From an uncultured Chloroflexia bacterium (lineage in GTDB: Bacteria; Chloroflexota; Limnocylindria; Limnocylindrales; CSP1-4), in NCBI GenBank assembly GCA_963841135.1, contig CAWJBJ010000004.1, positions 31,496 through 95,495 of the forward strand: a DNA stretch of 64,000 nucleotides, read 5' to 3'. The notes under the pieces were generated by a model, which searched no databases, was not told the origin of the DNA, and was given only the letters and a program-made list of their open reading frames with translations. Made by a program: the position numbers and the translations under genes. Below, piece by piece: positions 9,674 through 17,025 of this stretch (position 1 is the stretch's first letter; each line of letters opens with the position of its first letter).

Positions 9674-11304
9674 CCCGCCGCGAGGCGTTGCTCACGGCCG
9701 GGCTCGTCTTCCTCGTCTCGCTCGTCGCCCGCGCGATCTTCGCGTCGCAGATCGTCTTCCCGAAGCCCGAGGACACGGCGTACTACGTCGGGGTCGCGCG
9801 CAACCTGCTCGACGGGCGCGGGTTGGTCGCCGATGCCCTGTGGAGCTACCAGACGCCGCCACTGATCTTCCCTCGCCCCGCCTTCGAGGTCTGGCTGCCG
9901 CTGCCCACGTTCCTCGCGGCCATCCCGATGGCCCTCTTCGGTCCGACGTTCGGGGCCGCGCAGATGTCGTCGATCCTGATGGGGGCGCTGGTGCCCGTCC
10001 TCGCCTGGCGCCTCGCCGCCGACGTCGCCGCGGAGCGCGGCCTGCCGATCGGACGCGCCCGGACGCTCGCGCTGGGCACGGGATTGACGACCGCGCTGTA
10101 CCTACCGCTCCTCCTGCACTCCGCTCTGCCGGACTCCACCATGACCTTCACCGCGATCGCGCTGGGGGCGTGCCTGTTGATGCCGCGGATCGCCCGGGAC
10201 CCGCGCGGCGCGCGGCTGACCGACGTCCGCCTCATCGGTCTGGGCCTGCTGATCGGCGTCGCGTCCCTGACCCGGAACGAGGCGGTCTGGATGGGCCTCA
10301 CCTGGGCCATCGTCGCCTGGCGGAGCGCGGCCACCACACGGTCGGAGCGGGTCCGGATGATCGCCGTCGTCGGGGTGATCTCCCTCGTTGTCTTCGCGCC
10401 GTGGGCGTGGCGTGACTGGATCGTGTTCGGGAACCCGCTCCCAGGGCAGGCGGCCGCGAATGCGCTCTCGGTGACCGGGTTCGACATCTTCGCCTGGAAC
10501 GACCCGCCGACCCTGGCGCGGTATCTCGCGGTGGGGCCGGCCCGGCTCCTCGAGATGCGCGTGGCCGGCATCGGCCACAACCTGTTCTCCGTCCTGCTGC
10601 TCCCTGGCGTGCCGATCTCGCTGATCGGGCTCGCCGCGCTGCCCTGGCAGGCACGCGGGAAGGCCGTCCGACCGGTCCTGATCCTGGGCTCGATCACGTT
10701 CCTCGTCACCAGCCTGCTGTTCCCCGTGGCGACGACGTGGGGCACGTTCCTCCACGCCGCGGGACCGGTGCACGTCCTGCTCGTGCTCTCCGCGCTGCTG
10801 GCGCTCGACGCCGGGATCGCGCGTCTCGGCATCCGTCTTGGCTGGACGCGCCCGGTCGCCTGGCTCGGTGCCGGTCTGGGCATCTTCGGCTCGGTCGTCT
10901 TCTCGGTCGCGCTGCTGCCGTCGTTCGGCCAGGGCTCGCGCGGGACGGCGGACCTCTATGACGAGCTGGCCAGCCGGATGGCCGCCATCGGCCATCCACT
11001 CGATGTGTCGGCGGGGCCGGTGATCACCAACTTCCCGATCTGGATCACCGAGATCCCCGGCGTTCGGGCGCTGGCGCTCCCCGCCGAGTCGCCCGCCGAC
11101 ATCGTGGATCTGGCCTCCGATCCCGGGTTCGCCGGCACGCGGCTGCTGATCGTGATCGGCGACGACCATGCCGGCTGGCCGGGTGTGCTCGACCGACCGG
11201 GTCCGGCCGTCGACTGCTTCCACGAGCTGGCGCTCGGCCCTGGGCCGGCCGGCAGGGAGGACCCGCTCGCGCACGTTCGGGCGTTCGAGGTCGCCTGCCC
11301 ATGA
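9670..11304 (+). CDS. GT39/PMT_2 (ArnT-like) GT-C glycosyltransferase, second copy
   Basis: Only the last 544 codons of the 1429-aa track ORF are credible: MTRREALLTAGLVFLVSLVARA..FPKPEDTAYYVGVARNLLDGRGL, polytopic. The stop overlaps the kinase start (ATGA at 11301-11304). Confidence 0.65.
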   Translation: MTRREALLTAGLVFLVSLVARAIFASQIVFPKPEDTAYYVGVARNLLDGRGLVADALWSYQTPPLIFPRPAFEVWLPLPTFLAAIPMALFGPTFGAAQMSSILMGALVPVLAWRLAADVAAERGLPIGRARTLALGTGLTTALYLPLLLHSALPDSTMTFTAIALGACLLMPRIARDPRGARLTDVRLIGLGLLIGVASLTRNEAVWMGLTWAIVAWRSAATTRSERVRMIAVVGVISLVVFAPWAWRDWIVFGNPLPGQAAANALSVTGFDIFAWNDPPTLARYLAVGPARLLEMRVAGIGHNLFSVLLLPGVPISLIGLAALPWQARGKAVRPVLILGSITFLVTSLLFPVATTWGTFLHAAGPVHVLLVLSALLALDAGIARLGIRLGWTRPVAWLGAGLGIFGSVVFSVALLPSFGQGSRGTADLYDELASRMAAIGHPLDVSAGPVITNFPIWITEIPGVRALALPAESPADIVDLASDPGFAGTRLLIVIGDDHAGWPGVLDRPGPAVDCFHELALGPGPAGREDPLAHVRAFEVACP

Positions 11305-12446
11305 AAATCGACCCCTATACTCCGAAGCCAATGGAAGCACGGTCGGGGACGCAGGCCGGCGACAACCGTTTCGACGGGCTGCAAGCGGAAGCGAGCGCAG
11401 CGGTCGGCTACAGCGCCAATACGCTACGGGGCATCCGGGAACGATATCGCGAGGCCTACGGCGAGGCCCTCGTGCGCTGGCAGGTGCTCCGCGACCACCT
11501 TGACGACATCGACCGTGCGCCACGACGCCACAGCGACCCGGCCGATGACCTGACCGATTTCGACAAGGCCGCGAGCGCCGCCGAGGCCAGCGCCGACGAT
11601 GGCCTCAAGCGCACGCTGCGCGCCGAGGTCGATCAGCTGGCGGACCAGCTCGGCGAGCACCAGCGCGAACTGTCCAAGCTGGAGCTCGCCCACAACACGC
11701 TCGAGCGCACGTGGCTCTTCATGGAGCGAGGCGACGTCTCCCTGGTCAACGATTCGGCCGGGCCGCCCACCAGCGGCGACATCCAGATGCGGATCATCGA
11801 GGCGCAGGAGGGCGAGCGTTCGCGGCTGGCCCAGGAGATCCACGACGGGCCGGCCCAGGTCCTCAGCAACTCGATCTTCCAGGTCGAGTACATCGAGCGT
11901 GTCCTGCCGACCGACCAGGCCCTTGCCGCGACCGAGCTTGGCATCCTGCGGGAGCTGCTCCGTCGCGAGCTGACCAACCTGCGCGCCTTCATCACCCAGC
12001 TGCGCCCGCCCCTGCTCGACGAGCTCGGACTCGACGGCGCCATCATGGACACGATCGAGCACATCACTGCGTTAAGCGGCCTGGCCATCTCGACCGACCT
12101 CGCCGCACCGAGCACGCAGCTGCCCAATCGGGCGAGGACGGTCGCCCTGCGAATCGCCCAGGAGGCGCTACAGAATGTCCGCAAGCACGCGTCGGCGAGC
12201 ACCGTCACCGTGAGCACCGCGCTCGACGGCGATTCCTGGACCCTGGAGGTGCGCGATGATGGCCGTGGCTTCGATGCCGCTGCCGTGGCGGCCAGGGGTC
12301 GGAGCAATTTCGGCCTCCAGTTCATGCGCGAGCGAGCCGAGCTGATCGGTGCTCGCCTGGATATACGATCGCGACCGGACGGCGGCACCGTCGTCAGGCT
12401 CGCCATCCCCATCCATGACATGGCGGAGCAGAGGGAGAGCACATGA
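11301..12446 (+). CDS. Soluble DegS-like sensor histidine kinase (HisKA_3 + HATPase_c, no TM segment)
   Basis: Coiled-coil N-terminus. H-box LAQEIHDGPAQ, N-box IAQEALQNVRKH, G1 VRDDGRGF, G2 FGLQFMRERAELIG. Confidence 0.85.
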   Translation: MKIDPYTPKPMEARSGTQAGDNRFDGLQAEASAAVGYSANTLRGIRERYREAYGEALVRWQVLRDHLDDIDRAPRRHSDPADDLTDFDKAASAAEASADDGLKRTLRAEVDQLADQLGEHQRELSKLELAHNTLERTWLFMERGDVSLVNDSAGPPTSGDIQMRIIEAQEGERSRLAQEIHDGPAQVLSNSIFQVEYIERVLPTDQALAATELGILRELLRRELTNLRAFITQLRPPLLDELGLDGAIMDTIEHITALSGLAISTDLAAPSTQLPNRARTVALRIAQEALQNVRKHASASTVTVSTALDGDSWTLEVRDDGRGFDAAAVAARGRSNFGLQFMRERAELIGARLDIRSRPDGGTVVRLAIPIHDMAEQREST

Positions 12447-13192
12447 CGAACGCGATCGACTACGGCGGGCCGGAGCGACGACGAGGCGGCCCCGATCGAC
12501 GGAACATCGGCGACCGGACGCGGATCCTCATCGTCGACGACCACGCCCTCTTCCGGGTGGGGATCGCCAACATCCTGAGCCGGGAATCCGATCTGGACGT
12601 GGTCGGCGAGGCCGAGGACTCCCGCAGCGCGATCGATCGTGCCCTCGAGACATCGCCCGACATCGTCCTGATGGACCTCTCGCTGCCGGCGCCCGGCGGC
12701 ATCGAGACGACCCAGCGGATCAAGCGTGAGCTGCCGTCGACGGCGATCATCGTGCTCGCGGTGAGCGAGGACGAGGACGCCCTGTTCGATGCGATCAAGG
12801 CCGGAGCCGCTGCGTTCATCCTCAAGGATGTCGGGCCCGACGACCTCGTCACGATCATCCGCCGCGTGGTCGCGGGCGAGTACCTCATCAACGACAAGGT
12901 CTTCGCCAAGCCGGCCGTCGCGTCGCGCGTCCTCAAGGAGTTCCGCGAGCTGGCCGTCTACGGCCAGGAGGCGGCACCGATCTTCGCGCCACTCTCGCCG
13001 CGCGAGGTCGAGATCCTGGACAACATCGCCCAGGGCATGACCAACAAGCAGGTCGCCTACGCCCTGTCGATCAGCGAGCAGACGGTCAAGAACCACATGA
13101 GCTCGATCCTGCGCAAGCTGTCGGTGAACGACCGGACCCAGGCCGTGGTCTACGCCATGCGCCAGGGCTGGATCCGGATGCCGGAGGACTGA
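12443..13192 (+). CDS. NarL/DegU-family response regulator (REC + LuxR HTH)
   Basis: ILIVDDH, VLMDLSLP, FILKD receiver residues. C-terminal LSPREVEILDNIAQGMTNKQVAYALSISEQTVKNHMSSILRKL. ATGA overlap with the kinase stop. Confidence 0.9.
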   Translation: MTNAIDYGGPERRRGGPDRRNIGDRTRILIVDDHALFRVGIANILSRESDLDVVGEAEDSRSAIDRALETSPDIVLMDLSLPAPGGIETTQRIKRELPSTAIIVLAVSEDEDALFDAIKAGAAAFILKDVGPDDLVTIIRRVVAGEYLINDKVFAKPAVASRVLKEFRELAVYGQEAAPIFAPLSPREVEILDNIAQGMTNKQVAYALSISEQTVKNHMSSILRKLSVNDRTQAVVYAMRQGWIRMPED

Positions 13193-13233
13193 GCGATCAC
13201 GACCCAAGGGACGCACGCGAGTAACGACCTTCG

Positions 13234-14487
13234 ATGACGGACGCATCCACCACCGAGAGCCAGGACCCCTCGACGCCGTCGACGGAGCCCCCCGAGCGGC
13301 CACCGATCCGAACGCTGGCCGAGCTTTCGGCACGCCTCGCCGAGGAGGTCGAGCGGCTCGACACCGAGCTCGGCGAGGTGGACCTCCTGGTCGCCCAGGT
13401 GAGCACCGAGTCCGCGCGCCATGAGAGCCGGCGGAGCACCGCTGCCGACAAGCTGACCGCCATCACCAAGGAAGGCCCGAAGACCGACCTGGGTGAGCTG
13501 AGCATCCAGGTGGCGTCGCTCACGAAGCGTGCCGCGCTCATGGAGTCGCAGGTCGAGGTCCTCGAGGGCAAGCGCCGCGCGTTGCACCGCCACCGCGAAT
13601 CGGTCGCCGCCTATGCCGAGATCGTCGGCTCGATGGACCCGGAGACCGCCGTCGCGACCGCTGCGAGCGCGAGTGCGAAGGCGCGGAAGAGCGCGGCCGC
13701 CGACGGTGGTGACGCTCCGATGGCGCCGGCCGTCTCCCGCCTCGTGCTGACCGGCCAGGAGGACCTCCGTCGCGAGATCGCGCGGGCCATGCACGACGGG
13801 CCGGCCCAGAGCCTCACCAACATCGTGCTGCAGGCCCAGATCGTCGAACGTCTCGTCGACAAGGACCCGGCGTCGGCGCTGGGCGAGGTCCATCAGCTGA
13901 TCGGGATGGTGCAACGGACGCTCGAGGCGACCAAGACGTTCATCTTCGACGTCCGGCCGATGGTGCTCGACGATCTCGGGCTCGTGCCGACGTTGCGACG
14001 CGCCGCCCGGGAGCGCGGACGCAAGGCCGGCGTCCCAGTCGACTTCGACTCGCTCGGTCAGGATCGACGCCTGCCGATGGACCTGGAGACCGGGCTGTTC
14101 CGCATCCTGGATGAAGCCCTGGTGGGCTACCTCGAGCGGTCGCCATCCCGGGTCACGATGCGGATGGACTGGTCCGACCAGATCGAGGCCCGGGTCAACG
14201 CCGTCCGCGACAAGGACAAGGACGCCAAGCCCGTGCCAGAGATCGTCGAGGAGCCGGTCGCCGACGCGAACCTCCCGCCCGCGCTCCGGGCGATGATGGA
14301 GGACCGTCGCGCCGACGCCCGCGACGCCGCCGAGACCGCGCGCAGAGATGCCATCGTCGCCTTGCCCGTGACGACATGGCAGGAGATCGAGAGCCGCGCG
14401 ACGACCCTGGGGATCCAGGCCGAGCTGTCAGAGGACGGGTCGGAGCTCCACCTGGTGGCCGAGGCGCCGATCCCGACGGAGCGGTGA
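13234..14487 (+). CDS. DegS-like kinase paralog with intact H-box but degenerate ATP-binding domain (putative pseudokinase / phosphotransfer partner)
   Basis: IARAMHDGPAQSLTN and FIFDVRPMVLDDLGLVPTL match the HisKA_3 domain. The N-box position reads LDEALVGYLERS (no Asn). There is no DxGxG box. A charged ~60-aa insert (DKDKDAKPVPEIVEEPV...) replaces the ATP lid. Confidence 0.7.
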   Translation: MTDASTTESQDPSTPSTEPPERPPIRTLAELSARLAEEVERLDTELGEVDLLVAQVSTESARHESRRSTAADKLTAITKEGPKTDLGELSIQVASLTKRAALMESQVEVLEGKRRALHRHRESVAAYAEIVGSMDPETAVATAASASAKARKSAAADGGDAPMAPAVSRLVLTGQEDLRREIARAMHDGPAQSLTNIVLQAQIVERLVDKDPASALGEVHQLIGMVQRTLEATKTFIFDVRPMVLDDLGLVPTLRRAARERGRKAGVPVDFDSLGQDRRLPMDLETGLFRILDEALVGYLERSPSRVTMRMDWSDQIEARVNAVRDKDKDAKPVPEIVEEPVADANLPPALRAMMEDRRADARDAAETARRDAIVALPVTTWQEIESRATTLGIQAELSEDGSELHLVAEAPIPTER

Positions 14488-14488
14488 C

Positions 14489-14656
14489 GTGCGGCCGGCC
14501 GCCGGCGCGCGCGGGCAGGGGCTCGTCGAGTACGGCCTGATCCTCGCCCTGACGGTCGTCTTCACGATCCTGATCCTGGGGGTCTTCGGCGGGACGGTCG
14601 CGGACCTGCTCGCCCGGGTCGGCGAGATCATCGACGCGGCCACGGGAGGCACGTGA
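14489..14656 (+). CDS. flp: Flp/Fap-family prepilin (paralog 1, divergent)
   Basis: Below the ORF-track cutoff. My translation from the GTG at 14489 gives VRPAAGARGQGLVEYGLILALTVVFTILILGVFGGTVADLLARVGEIIDAATGGT. It has the G/QGLxEY processing motif plus a hydrophobic helix. The start lies 1 nt after the upstream stop (14485-14487). Confidence 0.7.
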   Translation: MRPAAGARGQGLVEYGLILALTVVFTILILGVFGGTVADLLARVGEIIDAATGGT

Positions 14657-14712
14657 ACTGGCGCACCGACGCAACCCGCTAAGTCAGGGGACGTCCGGTA
14701 CCATCGTGCTAG

Positions 14713-14741
14713 TGCTTTCCTCAAGGCCCTCTCCATATAGT
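14713..14741 (+). promoter_or_regulatory. Candidate sigma-70-type promoter for flp paralog 2
   Basis: TGCTTT-N17-TATAGT in a locally AT-richer stretch about 50 nt upstream of ATG 14793. Confidence 0.3.
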
Positions 14742-14792
14742 GGGGGCAGCCCTCAGATTTCGAGGGCGAGTACTCATCCAGGAGGCTGCCAC

Positions 14793-14963
14793 ATGGCGCT
14801 TTTCAATTCTTTCCTCGCTTCCCTTCGTCGGGACGAGGAAGGCCAGGGTCTCGCCGAGTATGCGTTGATCCTCGCCCTCATCGCGATCGTCGCGATCGTT
14901 GCCCTGATCTTCCTGGGCGGCCAGGTTTCTACCATCCTGAGCACGGTCGGCGACTCGATCTAG
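14793..14963 (+). CDS. flp: Flp/Fap-family prepilin (paralog 2)
   Basis: SD GGAGG at 14781-14785. MALFNSFLASLRRDEEGQGLAEYALILALIAIVAIVALIFLGGQVSTILSTVGDSI. Confidence 0.9.
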   Translation: MALFNSFLASLRRDEEGQGLAEYALILALIAIVAIVALIFLGGQVSTILSTVGDSI

Positions 14964-14987
14964 TCGTCGGTCCTCAGTGATCGAAAC

Positions 14988-15021
14988 AAGACCGCCGGAC
15001 CTCTCGAGGTCCGGCGGTCTT
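14988..15021 (+). terminator. Rho-independent terminator after flp paralog 2
   Basis: Perfect 14-bp stem AAGACCGCCGGACC / GGTCCGGCGGTCTT, 6-nt loop, followed by TTCGTTGT. Confidence 0.75.
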
Positions 15022-15059
15022 TCGTTGTCCGGCGCCGCGACTGCAAGGTTTACGCAGTC

Positions 15060-15089
15060 TTGACAGCCTCAGGGGACCGCCCGTACCGT
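15060..15089 (+). promoter_or_regulatory. Candidate promoter for flp paralog 3
   Basis: TTGACA (15060-15065), 18-nt spacer, TACCGT (TANNNT-type -10). Confidence 0.35.
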
Positions 15090-15148
15090 GACACGCCCAT
15101 GAGCCCCGACTCGTGGAGACTGCACGGAGAGGAGGTACCCCCAGACAC

Positions 15149-15316
15149 ATGTCACAGCTTCATGCTCTTATCTCGTCCTTCCGCCAGGATGATGGCCAGG
15201 GTCTCGCGGAATACGCGCTGATCCTCGCGCTCATCGCGATCGTCGCGATCGTCGCGCTCATCTTCCTTGGCACCCAGGTCAGCACCATCCTGAGCACGGT
15301 CGGCGACTCGATCTAG
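15149..15316 (+). CDS. flp: Flp/Fap-family prepilin (paralog 3)
   Basis: SD GGAGAGGAGG upstream. MSQLHALISSFRQDDGQGLAEYALILALIAIVAIVALIFLGTQVSTILSTVGDSI. Confidence 0.9.
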   Translation: MSQLHALISSFRQDDGQGLAEYALILALIAIVAIVALIFLGTQVSTILSTVGDSI

Positions 15317-15341
15317 TCGTGAGTCAACCCCCGGACCGAAC

Positions 15342-15374
15342 GAGGCCGCAGCGCCCCCCAGGCGCGGCGGCCTC
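15342..15374 (+). terminator. Rho-independent terminator after flp paralog 3
   Basis: GAGGCCGC..GCGCC-CCCCA-GGCGC..GCGGCCTC hairpin followed by TTGCTGTT. Confidence 0.6.
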
Positions 15375-15425
15375 TTGCTGTTCCGTTCGCGGTGCGCCCG
15401 CGTCCACAGGCCAACCTTCGGGCTA

Positions 15426-15453
15426 TTGACACTTACCCTGCTCGACCTATGTT
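15426..15453 (+). promoter_or_regulatory. Candidate promoter for flp paralog 4
   Basis: TTGACA-N16-TATGTT, about 65 nt upstream of ATG 15519. SD GAAAGGAGG. Confidence 0.45.
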
Positions 15454-15518
15454 GTGATCACCGGCCACCGGTAGTCGGTGTCCGATCCTTGAGCCTCGTG
15501 GAAAGGAGGTAGACAAAG

Positions 15519-15710
15519 ATGACCGTGCACCCGCGCCTGGTCGCCATCTTCGACCGCATCCGTCAGGTCGACGGCCAAGGCCTTGCTGAATACGCCCTCA
15601 TCCTCGCCCTTATCGCAATCGTTTCGATCGTTGCCCTCATCTTCATGGGAAGCCAAGTCAGCGACAAGCTGAGCGTCATCGGAAGTCAGCTGGATTCGGT
15701 CACGCCGTAG
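15519..15710 (+). CDS. flp: Flp/Fap-family prepilin (paralog 4)
   Basis: MTVHPRLVAIFDRIRQVDGQGLAEYALILALIAIVSIVALIFMGSQVSDKLSVIGSQLDSVTP. Confidence 0.9.
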   Translation: MTVHPRLVAIFDRIRQVDGQGLAEYALILALIAIVSIVALIFMGSQVSDKLSVIGSQLDSVTP

Positions 15711-15734
15711 CGACCGCCACCAGGCCCGATTGCT

Positions 15735-15760
15735 GACAGCCCGCCGACCGGCGGGCTGTC
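15735..15760 (+). terminator. Strong hairpin after flp paralog 4 (possible terminator, no T-tract)
   Basis: GACAGCCCGCC-GACC-GGCGGGCTGTC, a perfect 11-bp stem. Confidence 0.45.
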
Positions 15761-15908
15761 GACGCGTCCGGGCACGCACCGGGCTGCGCACCACGCAGCC
15801 GGCCCGCCCGACGGGCCCCTCAGCACCTTGCAGGAAACCTTGCGTCACGCGTGGATTCCTGCCGTTTCCTCCTAATGGTCCTAGGCCTTTCGTATAGTCG
15901 CGAGCCTC

Positions 15909-16874
15909 ATGGCCGGTGCTACAGTGGTGCCACCTGTCACAAGCCTCTCGGGGAGTAACAACTTGAAGCGCTCTAATCGTCTTGTCCTGCTCGTCGGGGT
16001 CTTCCTTGCGGTCGTTGCGTTCGTCGGGATCCTCATCCTGGTGAGCAAGCCCACGGACCCGGACCAAAAGCCGCCAACCACCGGATTCGTGGTCATCGCG
16101 AACGTCGACATCCCTCTTTCCGGGAAGATCGACGCGACCGACGTCAAGAAGCAGGAGCTGCCTCTTGATGCGATCACCCCGGGCGCCTTCGCGGATCCCT
16201 CCCAGGTCGTCGGCAAGATCGTGCGCGAGCCGGTCACCGCTGGCGGTCAGATCACCTCGACCACCCTCACCGGTGGCCTGCAGGGCGAGATCCTGGACAT
16301 CACCGTCCCGGCCGGCCTGCGCGCCATCGCCGTCCAGGTGGACCAGGTCACGGGCGTCGGCACCGTCGTCAAGACGGGCGACTACGTGGATCTCATCTCC
16401 GGTGTCACCGGCGAGAAGTTCCCGGTCATCACGGTCAACCCGGCCGATGACACAGTCACGGTCGTCAGCGGCCTGAACAGCACCAGTGTCAAGGTCCTCC
16501 TGCAGGGCCTCCAGGTCCTCGGCACGCTGCTCCCGCCGGCCGCCCAGACGGCGACCACCGGTGGCGACACCGGCGACGGGACCGACACGGGCGACGGCAG
16601 CTCCCAGCCGGGCACGGCTCTCAACGGCCAGCAGCAGATCGTCATCCTCGCGGTGGACGCCCAGCAGGCCGAAGTCATCAAGTTCGCCCAGCTGGACTCC
16701 TCGATCACCCTCGTCCTTCGTTCCCCCGCCGACTTCATCGACCCGGTGACCGGCGAGCCCATCACGTTGCCGCTTCCGACAACGACCACGGGCATCAACC
16801 TCAAGACGCTCGTCGACACCTACGGGGTCGTCCCGCCAGAAGTCGTCGAGACCATCACCCCCGCCAATCCGTAA
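15909..16874 (+). CDS. cpaB: Flp pilus assembly protein CpaB/RcpC (SAF-domain, membrane anchored)
   Basis: TM anchor LVLLVGVFLAVVAFVGILILV, then VVIANVDIPLSGKIDATDVKKQELPLDAI...VVGKIVREPVTAGGQIT. An alternative start is TTG 15963 (SD GGGGAG). Confidence 0.8.
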   Translation: MAGATVVPPVTSLSGSNNLKRSNRLVLLVGVFLAVVAFVGILILVSKPTDPDQKPPTTGFVVIANVDIPLSGKIDATDVKKQELPLDAITPGAFADPSQVVGKIVREPVTAGGQITSTTLTGGLQGEILDITVPAGLRAIAVQVDQVTGVGTVVKTGDYVDLISGVTGEKFPVITVNPADDTVTVVSGLNSTSVKVLLQGLQVLGTLLPPAAQTATTGGDTGDGTDTGDGSSQPGTALNGQQQIVILAVDAQQAEVIKFAQLDSSITLVLRSPADFIDPVTGEPITLPLPTTTTGINLKTLVDTYGVVPPEVVETITPANP

Positions 16875-17025
16875 ACCCGATACCCGGCCGGACGTCGGCC
16901 GAGCTTGGACACAGCCCAGACGCGGCGGGCGCGGCAGACCTACCAGGGTCGCGCGCCCGTCGTGGTCCCGGCCCCACGATCGGTCTTCGGACCGATCACC
17001 TATCGAATAGCAAGACCTGAGCGAG

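Noticed and set aside
16978-16997. Perfect 8-bp hairpin with a UUCG loop (GATCGGTC-TTCG-GACCGATC) between cpaB and cpaE
   Set aside because: It could be an attenuator or stabiliser, but it has no T-tract and I cannot assess conservation. I noted it only and did not call it a feature.
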